From Octopus vulgaris (lineage: Eukaryota): 64,000 nucleotides of DNA. A program made the translations under genes and the position numbers. Below, piece after piece: positions 1 through 14,147 of the stretch. Positions within the stretch are counted from its first letter, which is position 1; each line of letters begins with the position of its first letter. The notes under the pieces were generated by a model. That model saw only the letters and a program-made list of their open reading frames with translations. It ran no database searches and was not told where the DNA came from. Location of the stretch: assembly GCA_951406725.2 (NCBI GenBank), contig OX597823.1, positions 64,976,001-65,040,000 of the forward strand, in the 5' to 3' direction.

Positions 1-2199
1 TGGTGACCAGAAATGTCGGATACACATAGAAAAGAAGAGAAAGCAGTAGCCGAGATTGTGCTTATATGTGGGCACTAAGTATGTATGCATTGACATTAGA
101 TATGTTTGAGCACAAAAGTGTGTATATGTGGATACAAAAATAATTATGTGTAGGATGAGTGGGGCGATTGAGCAGAATCAATTTCTGAATAACCAAACGA
201 CAGCATCCTTGTAGAAAACTGATAGCTAAGTTAATGTTAGCCTAATTAATGTAAGAGTATTAATAAACATTTCTTGAATATATTTAAGTGATTGGATCAG
301 AAATCATAAAACAGACCTAGCTGAATTTAATAGAGTTGATAATAAAGATTATTAGTTACAAGTATTATGACAGATATATTACTTATATTAACATATATTT
401 AATCCTGCTTATAAGAACATATTCAATAATTCAGTGTAAATTACATAGAAGTAAACATTGTATTTTATTAATTAGAAACCTGATAGATTTCAAGGATTTT
501 GATGAATTTTCTTTGGTTTTAGGGTGATTAATTATAAATAATCTAACTATGTATACACACACACACAAACGTAAAAATTTATAAATGCATATGTATATAT
601 GTGTATATGTAAATATGTATTTATATATGTGTGTGTGTGTGAGGGGTGGAGCTGAGAACTTACTAGCTTTAAGGGTATCATGGAAGACCTGGCTAGAGGC
701 CAACCATTTGAGTTCTTTTACTGGGCTTAGGAAAACTGAAGGACTTGAAAATCTACTAATTCTTGTCATTGATTAGTCCCAGGCTGGCCCTAATGTACAG
801 ACTTACAATCAAATGTCCCATTCATCCTATTGTTTTTTTTTTTTTAATGTTTAGGCCTAATTTATGATCAAAGGCATTCCAACCATGACTTAACTGTTGT
901 TTCTGCTCATTATTTAAATATAGCCTATCAAAGACTACATTATTTAATGTGCACTTCCTTTCTGAAGATGTAAAATATGATTTCAAAGAGATCTGGATGC
1001 AATTTCTAGCAAGTCATGCATCTACGTAGAAGGTACCACTTTAGCACATAATTTGTTTTCGACTGTTACTTAGAGGAGAGTTATCAAGCATTATTAATTT
1101 TCCTATGGGAAAATGGTGGATTACAGAACTCTGTATGTATTTGCTGTAGATCATACCATTCTTAGTTCAAACTTCTTTGGGTCAACTTTGCATTTAATCC
1201 CTCTGGAGTCGATACAATAAAGTTCCAGCCAAGAACTAGGATTAATTTAATTAACTACTCTTTCTAAAATTTCAGGCCTTATATGTATGTTAGATACAAC
1301 TATTGTTTTTATAATTAAATACAACTATTGAATGTAAATATTTTATTGTGTACTTCTCTTGATTAAACTGAAGGTTAAATTCATTTGCATGTGTGTGTAA
1401 TCTCACTGCAAAGTGAAAGGTGCTTGTTTCATTGCTCTTTGGGAAATAATACAGCAAAAGAAACCAAAATGTTCCTAACAGAATTAGAACTCAGAACTAA
1501 ATCGGTTGAAAAATAGTAACCATCAACAGAAGACATTTTCAAGTAGCTATATATCTCATAACTAATCAACTCTGAGTAGATCTAAATTCAAACCAAATCT
1601 TGAAGAATGTAAGACAATATTTTAGCTGCAATATTTTTAGAATATACAGCAACTATTTAGATGTTCCTGGGAGAACTCGATACAGAAAGTATATTATATT
1701 AGCCCTGGAAGCTGTTTTCTCTAAAAGCATGTTATTTATGACAAGTAAAACAAAATTTCAAAATTGGTAAATGGATATGCCATTTTGTAAGAGCATCATT
1801 TATTCACAAAGCTATTACCACCTGAAAGTTTGACATTCAACTATGAGAAGGGAAACTGACAGCTATTGCCTATATCATGACGGAAGCAAAAGTCTTTTAG
1901 CAGCTAAAAGTCTCCAGGTATTGTTCACACTTTATAAAGTTTTCACTAGATCTGTGACAATCTAATAATGGCTTAAGAGGTCTGAAACAAATGGTCCTGG
2001 CAACTTTAGATGAAATATCGTAATGCTGTCATTGTTTCATGTCTCTTTAGCTTGTTTGTAATGTAATTTTAAACGTGTAAATCCCATCAGCTCCTTCGCT
2101 GAAGGTGGTTGATCTTCTGGGGGTGTTGCGCTTTACATATATAAATACATAAATATAAACCATATCCACTTCTAGCAAATATGACTTGAAAGCATGTAC

Positions 2200-2682
2200 C
2201 ATGATATTGGTTTCGAGTGTTAGCACAAGGCCAGCAAGTTTGGGTGAAAGGGTAAATTGATTACATCGGCCCAAGTGCTCAACTGGTACTTATTTTATCG
2301 AGCCTAAAAGAGTGAAAGGCAAAGTCGACCTTGGTAGTATTTCAACTTGGTAGTATTTCAATAAGGCGGCGAGCTGGCAGAAACGTTAGCACGCCGGGCG
2401 AAATGCTTAGCAGTATTTCGTCTGCGTTACGTTGTGAGTTCAAATTCCACCGAGGTCGACTTTGCCTTTCATCCTTTCGGGTCGATAAATTAAGTACCAG
2501 TTACGCACTGGGGTCGATGTAATCGACTTAATACCTATGTCTGTCCTTGTTTGTCCTCTCTGTGTTTAGCCCCTTGTGGGTAGTAAAGAAATAGGTAGTA
2601 TTTCAACTCAGAATGTAGGTGGATGAAATGACACTAAGCATTTTGCCTGGTATCGTAATGATATTGCTGGTTCAACGCCTTC
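2200..2682. mobile_element. tRNA-derived SINE family B (Meta-domain-like): young + copy (2362-2593) nested in an older - copy
   Basis: Head ggcggcgagctggcagaa, B-box gagttcaaattcc and central gtcgactttgcctttcatcctttcggg..aagtaccag. 13-bp TSD ggtagtatttcaa. More copies are at about 3280-3476, 4560-4775, 16560-16900, 24350-24545 and 37570-37885. Confidence 0.8.
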
Positions 2683-4293
2683 ATGTACCACAATATTGTT
2701 GATTGTTTTAGATGCTTATGCAGCTGCAAGCTGATGTAAACACCCACCTGGCCTTCTAACCTTTGAACCAGCAGGCAGAGCATTGAGAATATGATAGCTG
2801 CATAGAAAGAGGGGCAGAGGGAAGACCAAGTGGTGAGAGTGATCTGTTCATGACTGTAAGGTCATGGGTTCTACTCATGGACCAAGTGGTGTTTTGTGCC
2901 CTTGAGAAAGGTATTATGTTCTTCAATTGACTCACCTGTTCACCTGTAATGAGTACCAACTGGTTACTAGGGAAACCTCACCTCTCTCTCCCAGTGTCAC
3001 AGCTTGTATGTTCTGCTGAGTCAAATAAGAAGTTGTCAAGAAAGTTATCTATGCTTGCTTGCAATTACATAGCCATACATGCTCACTAGTAGTGGCAACT
3101 TTACATTAGCTTGTTAACAACTTCCATTCAACCTCAAAAAATAAAATATAAGCTGTATTGCTGAACATAGAGTTTGAAATTGCTATGGTTGTTAAGAATA
3201 TTGTGATTTTTGTATGTTAGTTTAAATTTTTTTTTTTTTTTAGTCTAGTTAATTTATAAAACTTAGTACACACCTAGTATTATTCTTTTCTACTCTAGGC
3301 ACATGGCCTGAAATTTTTTTTGTTGGGGTGCCAGTCAATTAGATCGACCCCAATATGCAACTGGTACTTAATTTATCAACCCTGAAAGGATGAAATGCAA
3401 AGTCAACCTTGATGGAATTTGAACTCAGAATGTAAAGACAGATGAAATACTGCTAAGCATTTCACCTGGTGTGCTAAACACCTACTATTATTATTGTTAA
3501 GACAATGATTGCATTGGTAAAAAGGCTTAGTGGCTTTTTTCCTTCTATATTCTGTGTTCAAATACTGTTGTGGTTGGCTTTACTTTTTATTTTTTAAAGG
3601 AGTTCAAATTCTGCTGAGGGCGATTTTGCTTTTCATGAAATAAGTATCAATTGCTTACTGGGATCGCTTCCATCAACTAGCACCCCTTCCCCTCAAAATT
3701 TCAGACCCGGTACCTACAGTAGAAAGGATTATTATTTTCCTTATTGCTGATATTGTTATTAGTGTAGCTCATTGACAAAGCTCATTGACAAAGTTGCAGT
3801 TCATTGACAAAGTTGCAGTTTGGGAGGAAATATTGACTAAGATAATGTGCCTGGCAACTAGATTGTTGTAAGGTACTTACAGCACTCCACCAGTTGGGCA
3901 ATGTGTTCCACTGTGGTATTTTATGGTGGATTAAGTAGCATGCAAGAGTGGGGGTGTCCTCAAGGAACTTTGAGCATCAGTGAAAATAACTAGCTACTCT
4001 GTTCCAATGTGACATTACCAGTATTGTTTACCTACTGGCATGATAGTGCAGTCTGTCAGGTCTGTCTGAGCAGTGCACAAAGCAATGGAACTATCCTGCT
4101 CATGTTTGTACATTGTTGACTTGTGAAGCTAAGAATGACTGTGTGGTAAGTAGCTTGCTTACCAACCACATGGTTCTGGGTTCAGTCCCACTGTGTGGCA
4201 CCTTGGGCAAGTATCTTCTACTATAGCCTCAGGTTGACCAAAGCCTTGTGAGTGGATTTGGAAACTGAAAGAAGCCAGTCGTATATATGTATG

Positions 4294-4358
<65 letters not shown>

Positions 4359-5632
4359 TTGTGTGTCCGTGTTTGTACCCCCAACATCACTTGACAACCG
4401 ATGCTGGTGTGTTTACATCCCAGTAACTTAGCGGTTCAGCAAAAGAGACTCATAGAATAACCTTAGACTTAGCATTCATAACTGCCAGCAAAGAAGTGCT
4501 GTAGTAGTTTGAACAATGTTTTAGCATTACCAGAAAATTGAATCCTCCCCAGCTTAATTATTGACTTCAAATTTTGGCACAAGGCCAGCAATTTTAGGAT
4601 TGGGGATTAGTTGGTTACATTAACCCCAGTGTTCAACTGGTACTTATTCTATTTACTCCAAAAGGACAAGAGGCAAAGTTAACCCTGGGGGTATTTGAAT
4701 GCAGAATGTTAGGACGCAAGAAATGCCACTAAGCATTTTTCCAGTATGGTAACGATTCTGCCAGCTCACCGCCTTGTCCTCTTCTGATTTGGTCGTATTC
4801 TATAAATGCTGATAACAAGCAGAAGGGTGACTCATTGTAGTGCTTGTCTAGGGTCCTAAATACCCTGGCACTGGCCAGGAATTTAGAAATAGACTGGATA
4901 ACAAAATGACTCACTCTGATATCTAACTCTGTTGTTCATCTCCCTGAACATTACATGGCAGAGTGAGTTACTACATCTTTGAACAAACTGAAGCTCAATA
5001 TAATAGCTATAGTGAAAAAATAACTCGTTAATTTCCACTCTGCCCTCTTCCCCATCTCCATCAAACCCACTCTTTGTCTTTGTGTTTGTCTGACTCTCTC
5101 TTATTCTCTCATAAATCTGTTTGTGTTAAAGTAAAACTGACTTGCGATACTTGTTATAACAACAAATGTCAAAATATTGTTTGAAATTAAAGTGCAAGAC
5201 AAATATAAATGATTGTATTGCAAGTTTATATTTGAGACTAGAGTTACTTAAAATACAGTCTAAAATTTCATCAAAGCAATAATTAAAAGATTTTAGTGTT
5301 GAAGTATTAGTTGCAGTGTTAATTATGTCTGGTGATTCAAGGCTATTTCTGTGTATTGAGAAAATCTAATTTATTTTGTCTTCGCTCATTTAAATTTGAT
5401 ATAATGGTAATAAGTTATGTCATTATGTATGCATAGGATAAAATTTTCTAAATTCACAAATGGAAATTACAGAGTACTCTTGTGGGTAAAAAATGTCAAA
5501 ATTATAGAAAATTTATTCTTCAACATGTTTTCTTGTTAATCATGAATCAGCATTGCTAATATTTGTCCATTGAAAACTTTTGAGTGGCGTTCAAATTGTA
5601 TTAGAATCCTTGGTTCATATTTATGTTTAATA

Positions 5633-6066
5633 GGTGCAGGAGTGGCTTTATAGGCACAGGAGTGGCTGTGTGGTAAGTAGCTTGCTAATGAACCACATAG
5701 TTCTAGGTTCAGTCCCACAATGTGGCACCTTGGGCAAGTGTCTTCTACTATAGCCTGGGGCCGACCAAAGCCTTGTGAGTGGATTTGGTAGATGGAAACT
5801 GAAAGAAGCCCATCGTATATATGTATATGTAAATATATGTGTGTGTGTGTTTGTGTCTGTGTTTGTCCCCCCCAACATCGCTTGACAACCGATGCTAGTG
5901 TGTTTATGTCCCCGTAACTTAATGGTTTGGCAAAAAAGACCAATAGAATAAGTACTAGGCTTACAAAGAGTAAGTCCTTGGGTTGATTTGCTTGACTAAA
6001 GGCGTTGCTCCAGCATGGCCACAGTCAAATGACTGAAACAAGTAAAAGAATAAAAGAGTAAAAGAG
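5633..6066 (+). mobile_element. tRNA-derived CORE-type SINE family A, with internal microsatellite (representative copy)
   Basis: A-box tggctgtgtgg, B-box ggttcagtccc, CORE-like ccttgggcaagt and a (gtaaaaga)n tail. Other copies are at about 4128-4470(+), 7630-8032(-), 10745-11030(-), 21180-21390(-), 31010-31160(-) and 61125-61280(-). Confidence 0.85.
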
Positions 6067-6644
6067 AGTCATATTGGAAGTTTGGAAATTATAAAATAAT
6101 AACTGTTTATCTCAGTTGTCTATTAAAAAATCCTGTTCAAAAATCAAGGTGATTCTATTATGTACATACCTCTTCCAGTTATTAATTCTCAATTATAATG
6201 AATATTGTTCTGCTTGTGATGATAATGTATTCAAGTATTACGCTATTAACAAATTTAAACAAGGAATGAATTCGAAGATATTAGACAAAACCTTGAACAA
6301 AACGAAACAAGTTCTAGTGTTACTCTTTAAACTACTTCAACTAAATGAAACTGAAGATGCTATAATTGAAACCTTTAAACAAAATTACACAAATTCAATA
6401 TAACCATGCTAAACAAATGAAAACAAAGACATAGTTGAAATCTTTCATTATGTTTTTGATTTAAGATTGATTCAACTTGGCAAAGAAAAATAGACAATTA
6501 TGCTAAAGAGAGTGATTCATAAAACTCAGATACCCAGCTGAAAGGAACTTTTCAGCACTGATCTGTACTGTATCATATAGCCATAGATTTATTGCCAACA
6601 CTATGTATGGACTGTTGTAAATATCTTGTCTTTATGAACAATAT

Positions 6645-7229
6645 AGGTGTAGGAGCGGCTGTGTGGTAAGTAGCTTGCTAATGAACCACATGATCCCGAG
6701 TTCAGTCACACTGTGTGGCACCTTGGGCAAGTGTCTTCTACTATAGCCTCAGGCCGACCAAAGCCTTGAGTGGATTTGGTAGGCGGAAACTGAAAGAAGC
6801 CTGTTGTATATATGTGTGTATATATACTCTTTACTCTTTTACTTGTTTCTGTCATTTGACTGCGGCCATGCTGGAGCACCACCTTTAATCGAGCAACTCG
6901 ACCCTGGGACTTATTCTTTTGTCAGCCCAGTACTTATTCTATCGGTCTCTTTTGCTGAACCGCTAAGTAACAGGGACATAAACACACCAGCATCGGTTGT
7001 CAAGCAATGCTAGGGGGACAAACACAGACACACAAACGCATATATATATATATATATATACATATATACGACGGGCTTCTTTAAGTTTCCGTCTACCAAA
7101 TCCACTCACAAGGCTTTGGTCGGCCCGAGGCTATAGTAGATGACACTTGCCCAAGGTGCCACGCAGTGGGACTGAACCCGGAACCATGTGGTTGGTAAAC
7201 AAGCTACTTACCACACAGCCACTCCTGCG

Positions 7230-7304
<75 letters not shown>

Positions 7305-7521
7305 ATATGTTTGTGTGTCTGTGTTTGACCCCCCATCATTGCTCAACAACCGATGCTGGTGTGTTTACGTCCCCGTAACTTAGTGGTTCGGCATAAGAGA
7401 CCAATAGAATAAGTACTAGGCTTACAAAGAATAAGTCCTGGGGTCGATTTGGTCAACTAAAGGTGGTGCTCCAGCATGGCCACAGTCAAATGACAGAATA
7501 AAGTAAAAGAGTAAAAGAGTA
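6645..7521. mobile_element. SINE A (+) with a complete antisense SINE A (6822-7232) nested in its internal microsatellite
   Basis: Head at 6645-6821(+), full reverse copy at 6822-7232, then (TA)n and the host tail at 7233-7521(+). Confidence 0.85.
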
Positions 7522-8724
7522 ATATTTCCATGGACAGAAAAGGGGGGATCAGACAGAACAGAGTCTGAGTAGTGGTTTGGATGTAGTTTCAGTGACTGAT
7601 CTTAGTGATAATTTCTAGTTCAACTAAATGTTTTATCTTTTATAATTTACCTTTTACTTGTTTCAGTCATTAGACTGTGCCCATACTGGGGTACTGCCTT
7701 GAAAAATTATTGACAAATGAATTGCTCCCAATACTTATCTTTTTTTGAAGTACTGGTACTTATTCGATCGGTCTCTTTTGCTGAACTGCTAAATTATGGG
7801 GATGTAAACACGCCAACATCGGTTGTCAAACAATAGGGGAGGATAAACACAAAGGCACACACACACACATATGACAGGCTTCTTTCAGTCTCCACCTACC
7901 AAATCCACTCACAAGGCTTTGGTCAACCCAAGGCAATAGTAGAAAACACTTGCCCATGGTGCCACACAGCAGGACTGAACCCAGAACCATGTGGCTGGGA
8001 AGAAAGCTTCATATTATACAACCATGCCTGTGCTTTATTTTCCTAATTTTCTTCTTGAAATATTTATATTCTAAAAGTTATGCTAGAAAGGAAAGCAGTC
8101 ACATATGATTATTTGCTGTTGTTTAGTTCGGATCTGAGTTGATGAGTAAATCTCTGATCAAGAATTCCTGTGTCTTTCCAGACAAGTTGGGTTTGGTTTT
8201 GTAGGTGAAAATTAGGTTGGTAGATCTAGCAGGCTGAGGCATTTCTTCAAAGCTACTAAATTGGATAATTTTCTGAATAGTTATACTAACTATTAATAAT
8301 TATAAAATGACAAGGATTTCGTTTTAACATTAAGAACAAAAAATTAAAATATTAGAAAGTAGGAATTTTGTAAGAATCTTGTTAAATTTTATTATGTTAA
8401 ACAACTAGAGAGAAATCATAAAAGTTACATATTTTCTGATGTGGAACTATGGTAATGTTTTATTATTGCTTTTGGGTATGTTTTAATCATCTTCCTGCAA
8501 AGACATTCACTCAAGCTCTCTTTCTCTCACAAATTTCATTCACCATGTGTCTTATTTTGCCAAGTATGTGTAATTCCACTTTCTCTTCTCTCCGTTTAAT
8601 GTTTCAACATGTCGTATCATCTCAAATAATTTTACCAATGAAAAATTTTTAAAAGAAAGTCATAATTATGCTCCTACTCATTTGCAGTTAAATTACCATT
8701 CTTATTCATTTTAAATGTTGCCAG

Positions 8725-8737
8725 GTTTCCTGGCAAC
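8725..8737. promoter_or_regulatory. Candidate RFX X-box
   Basis: GTTTCC-T-GGCAAC fits the X-box consensus. It is embedded in an 11-bp palindrome (8715-8739) about 1.7 kb upstream of the CFAP65 exon. Confidence 0.3.
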
Positions 8738-8879
8738 ATCGTTTTTATAGTGTGCAGCATCCTTATCAGGAAGAGCAAACATGCAGCCTTTAACCTTCCA
8801 AACTTGCTCTTCCCAAATATTTAAAATTCAAAGGGTTACACTCGTATGATGTGGATAAATATATAAAATACACATCAAG

Positions 8880-8916
8880 ATATGTGTGCATGTGTGCACC
8901 TATATGTGTGTACATA

Positions 8917-8954
<38 letters not shown>

Positions 8955-9037
8955 GCTAGCTAGCTAGCTAGCTAGCTTGATATCTATCTAGCTCTCTCTC
9001 TCTCTCTCTGTATATATATGTGTATATATATATAAAC

Positions 9038-9071
<34 letters not shown>

Positions 9072-9625
9072 GTGTATGTATGTGTATGTTTGTATATATG
9101 TATATGCATGTGTGTGTATGTATGCATATATATATATATATATGTATGTGTATGTATGTTTGTATATATGTATATGCATGTGTGTGTATGTATATACGCA
9201 TAAATTGGCTGATGATAGCTGTGATGTGCTTTTATGCACAATATAACCAAATGAGAGTTTTCTCTCTTGATAACCTTTGCAGTATTTGTGTGTTCTAACA
9301 CAACTTCCACCTTTAAGCGCTGAATACATTTATATGTATGTATGTATGTATGTACGTATGTATGTATGTTTTTATGTATGTATGTGTATGTGTGTGTGTG
9401 TGTATGTGATGTATGTATGTATGTATTTATATCATGTATTTATATATATAAATATACAAATCATGTATATATATATGTGCATGCATATGTTTGAATGTGG
9501 TGTATATATATATGTGTGTCTGTGTGTGTGTGTGTGCATATATATGTATATATATATTCATTGTACACATATGTATATACATACATATATATATGTATAT
9601 ATATATATATATATATATACATTAC
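8880..9625. repeat. Compound microsatellite region (TGTC/TCTA/CTAG/TC/TA/TATG)
   Basis: Low-complexity tracts, interrupted by about 130 bp of unique sequence. Confidence 0.9.
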
Positions 9626-9947
9626 AAATATAGGGTGAAATATAATTAATCTAATAAAATCAACAAATTTCACCTAGTATTATTTCGGTATGGAAAAGGA
9701 CCATATTTGGTAAAAACTTATATAATTATAATAATAAGGGTTTTTCGCAACAAGTTGCTTAACCACATACCGAAAATTTTAGAAATAGCAGCCAAAAGAC
9801 TACTATTTCCTTTTACTACAAAAATAAGCTTCCACAGAAAACAACTTTTGTAACAACTTGTTGCAAAAAACCCTTATTATTATGAATATATATATACATA
9901 TACACACACACACATATACATGTATATACATACCTACATGCATGTGT

Positions 9948-9978
<31 letters not shown>

Positions 9979-10474
9979 TAAATAATATATATAGATGCAT
10001 ATATACATACGTATATGTACATACCTACATCTGTACATATATATATATATATATAGGCATATGTGGGTACAGGACATCATGAAACGTGTACAACAAAAAT
10101 ATACGAAGTATGAGTCCATGGAATATGTATTATTTTTTTTAACAATGAAAGAGACAAATGGAAAACAAGACAAAGAACATAAAGAACAGCCCCTCATCAG
10201 TTGTTGGCTGTTTTTCTACTCTCGTATTTTGAGCATTTAACGACAATACATGCTTTCCATAAAACAGTTGTTTCCGCAAAGCAAATCAAATAAAATTTGG
10301 GATTTTGCAGAGATTGAAAATTGGTAACACAAACAGCATATTGAGATATGCCCCACACCACCACCACCACCACCACCCACCACAGAAGCCCAAATTTGAC
10401 AAGCTGTATATGGTATTTTTATGTTATTTTAAATTGTTTTCATTGTTCACCTTTTCTTTTACTTTTTTTTTTAG

Positions 10475-10633
10475 CAAAAGATCTTGGAAGAGAATATCTT
10501 TACAGTAAATCCAAAGAAAAGTGTTGTCCTGCCCGGTGAGTCAACGGATGTTACTCTATCTTACAACCATACTCACCTCGGAACTTACCGTCTTCCAGTG
10601 CTATTCAAGATGAAACACGGTAGAGAGATCCTT
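10475..10633 (+). CDS. CFAP65: Internal coding exon of cilia- and flagella-associated protein 65 (CCDC108)
   Basis: Strong polypyrimidine acceptor (cttttctttt-actttttttttttag) and a gtaagt donor at 10634. The exon is 159 bp, phase 0/0 and open: QKILEENIFTVNPKKSVVLPGESTDVTLSYNHTHLGTYRLPVLFKMKHGREIL. This matches my recollection of vertebrate CFAP65 (..[40 protein letters not shown]). It is not in the ORF track. Confidence 0.85.
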
Positions 10634-10869
10634 GTAAGTAAATAACATTAGATTATTCAACATTGAGTTCATATTGCATCTTTATCCAACAAAATGGTTG
10701 TGCTGAAAACATTAAATTTCGCCCTTCTTTACAGCATCAACCACAGTATTTTTCTTTTAAGCTAAGTACTTATTCAATCGTTTTCTTTTGCTGAACTGCT
10801 AGCTTACAGGATAATTAACCAACACTGGCTTTGAAATGGAAGTGAGGGCAAACTACTCAAAGACATGTT

Positions 10870-10912
<43 letters not shown>

Positions 10913-12125
10913 GATGGGCTTCTTTTAGGTTTCATCTTCCAAATCCTTTCAGAAGATTTTGGTCAACTTGGGAGTCCAAGATCACATGATTAGAAAACGA
11001 GCTTCTCAAACTCAGCTTCACCTGCACCCATGGTACTACTTTGAGTTTACTCAGCAGAAAATTTGGCAGATGTCACTAATTTAGAAATTAGAGTAAAGTT
11101 CAATAATGTTTTTCAAGAACCACTGCTGAGTAGTGTGCTTAATTTGTTCACTGAACACTGCCGCGAATTGCCCCCTTGTTTTCCAAAAATCTCCCCTAAA
11201 TCACAAAATAAATGCGAAGTGGGGAATGCGCCCTACTTTTCAAGTCCTGGCAGCAACACTGAAGCTGAAAGCAGGATAATAATCTAATTATACACTTTAT
11301 CACATTCAAGAATATAAACATGTTTTTAAGCACAACACATGCGGAGCCAAAAAAAAACACTACCCTTCACCCGGCACTGTCATTCATGCAGTACTCTTTC
11401 TCCCCTGTATGACGCTTCCTATGTCAGACATGTGAGCATATGCATAACAGCCAAACACTGCATCACTGGAACTGTGAAACACACAGTTCTATACAAGGAT
11501 TTTTGTACTTTTTAAATAAACTAGGGGATGGCTATTGACATTAAGCTTAAGGATTATATAATGTGCAAGTATAAAGAAAGAATAAAAAAAAAAGGATTTA
11601 TTAGATTGAATGTTATCGATAATATAAAGTGGAAATAGGGGGTGCTACATTCCACAGTTCCTATACATGAGCTGCCACTGGAGAAAGTGTTCCCAAATCT
11701 CTAATGTGTTCCTAAATGTAGTTGCTCAATCTGTAATTGGCCATGTACTCCTTTGATTTAGGAATGTTTATAGATAGTGACATGTCATTTTCTGAGGATC
11801 TGTGGCAGAACAATTAAGGTAAATTTGAAATGCGTTCTCCATAGTCTGTGATATTTTAAGAGGGCGCTTATGTGTGATGATTTTATTCTATTTTAAAACT
11901 ATTTAGTCATATACATTGAAAACAGACTATATACATTATGATGTTTGCTGTATGTCATTTACTTACATTTGCTTATACAAAACGTGACAAAGAACAAGAC
12001 GATATATATACACACATGTATTTTTGTATGTATGGCAAAATAAAGAAAGCATTTCATTAATCCTCCTTTAATAGTTGCCATTTGATGGAGTAGGCATTTG
12101 TATAATATATATATATGTATGTGTG

Positions 12126-12410
12126 TCCGTTGCCAGCCTCGCCTGGCCCTCGTGCCGGTGGCACATAAAAAGCACCATCCGTTCGTGGCCGTTTGCCAGC
12201 TCTGTCTGGCACCTGTGCGGGTGGCACGTATAAAGCACCCACTACACTCATGGAGTGGTTGGCATTAGGAAAGGCATCCAGCCGTAGAAACACTGCCAGA
12301 TTTGACTGGGCCTGATGAAGCCTTCTGGCTTCACAGACCCCAGTAGAACCGTCCAACCCATGCTAGCATGGAAAACGGACGCTAAACGATGATGATGATG
12401 ATGATGATGA
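12126..12410 (+). mobile_element. RTE-like LINE/SINE 3' end
   Basis: GC-richer 3'UTR-type sequence (ggttggcattaggaaaggcatccagccgtagaaac...gcatggaaaacggacgctaaac) ending in a (GAT)n tail. Confidence 0.6.
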
Positions 12411-13462
12411 TATATATATATATGAGTGTATATATGTATGTATATGAGTATATATATGTGTATGTGTGTATGTATATACCTCTATATATGAACATAGGTA
12501 TTTCTTTTGGTGTTTCAGTGTGCACTTGATTATTAAAGAGGCAAAGTTTAGACGTGTAAGATGTATATATTTTCAAACAGTGACATTTTTGCTTAACATT
12601 GCTAAAAGCACTTTTCTCTTCTGTTTACTTGTTTAATTATTGTTCTTTGTTGATATTGGTTAGCGGAATTCTAAGATTTCAACTGACATATCATTTTAAC
12701 GATTCTAGTGTTATCATTGAATCATATGTGGCATGTCAGGTTCAACTGTTTATTTTTTGAGGCAATCAAAGACAGGTGGAGAGAGAGAGAGAGTGAGAGG
12801 AAAAAAAGAAAGTGGGGGAAAGACAGTGAGAGATAGGAGAGGAGGAGAAAGAGGAGGAGGTGGAGAGAGAGAGAGACAGTTTGCATCGCATTTCTTAGTA
12901 AAACGCACATGATGACTTAAACACACATGAGCTGACATTGGAGTACATGAGCAATCCTACCCATCCCTAAACCCACATACACAGGTGAGTATATAATTTA
13001 ACCGGTGACATACTGAAGGACAAATGAAAGACGTTTTCGATAAATTGAAATTTATCCCTTATATATACTTGCACGCGCACTCACACGTGTTTGTGTATGC
13101 ATGTTTGTATGTAAATAATTTGACATGCACCTATACGCATCTATATCAATAAATATGCATTTAGACACACACACGCACCTCACACACACACTCTCTCTCT
13201 CTCACATATGTTTACACAGATTCATAGACATACATGCCTGTAAGCTGATGCTAGCTGCAAACTGAAGGCATGATCACATGTATGTTTAAAATGGCAAAAA
13301 TCCACCATGTAGAAATAACCTTACTGCCACCTTTGATAGCTTGTCAAGTCCAACTAAAATCAAAGTTGTCTTATAACACTTCCCCATTCAAACTGATGTA
13401 AATTAATCTCTGTATATCTATATATATATACACACACATGCATGTGTGCATATGTAGATATA

Positions 13463-14084
13463 TTCTTTTATTCTTTTACTTGTTCCAGTCATTTTTTTTT
13501 ACTCGTGGCCATTCTGGAGCACTACTTTTTCAGTCGAAGAAGTCAACCCCTTGGACTTATTCTTAGTAAGTCTAGTATTTATTCTATTGGTCTCTTTGCC
13601 GATCCACTGAATTACGAGGATGTAAACACACCAACATCAGATGTCAAACGATGGTAGTGGTGGTGATGGGGGGACAAAAACACAGATGCAGACACAAACA
13701 CAGATGCAGACACAAACACACAAATATATGCACATATAAGAGCTTCTTTCAGTTTCCGTCTACCAAATTCACTCACAAGGCTTTGGTTAGCCTGAGACTA
13801 TAATAGAAGACATTTGCCCAAGGTGCCAGGCAGTGGGACTGAAGCCCAAACCATGTGGTCGGTAATCAAGCTTTCCACCATACAACCATGTCTGCATTCT
13901 TTCATTATTTTACTTGTTTCAGTCATTTGACTGTGACCATGCTGGGGCACTGCCATTTATCGAGAAAATTGATTAAATAGGTACTAGTAAGCTTAGTACT
14001 TATTCTATCAGTCTCTTTTGCCAAACTGTAAACACACCAGCATCGGTTGTCAAGTGATGCTGGGGTGACAAACACAGACACACA

Positions 14085-14147
<63 letters not shown>

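Noticed and set aside
6116-6403. 95-aa ORF with nearby AG/GT signals as a CFAP65 exon
   Set aside because: No recognisable similarity to the expected upstream CFAP65 sequence; it is probably an AT-rich repeat relic.
10190-10290. CTGATGA on the minus strand as a hammerhead core
   Set aside because: No stem II followed by GAAA at the right spacing.
11063-11287. 74-aa ORF downstream of the CFAP65 exon
   Set aside because: It lacks the expected LNF.G.T motif, and has no convincing donor or recognisable domain.
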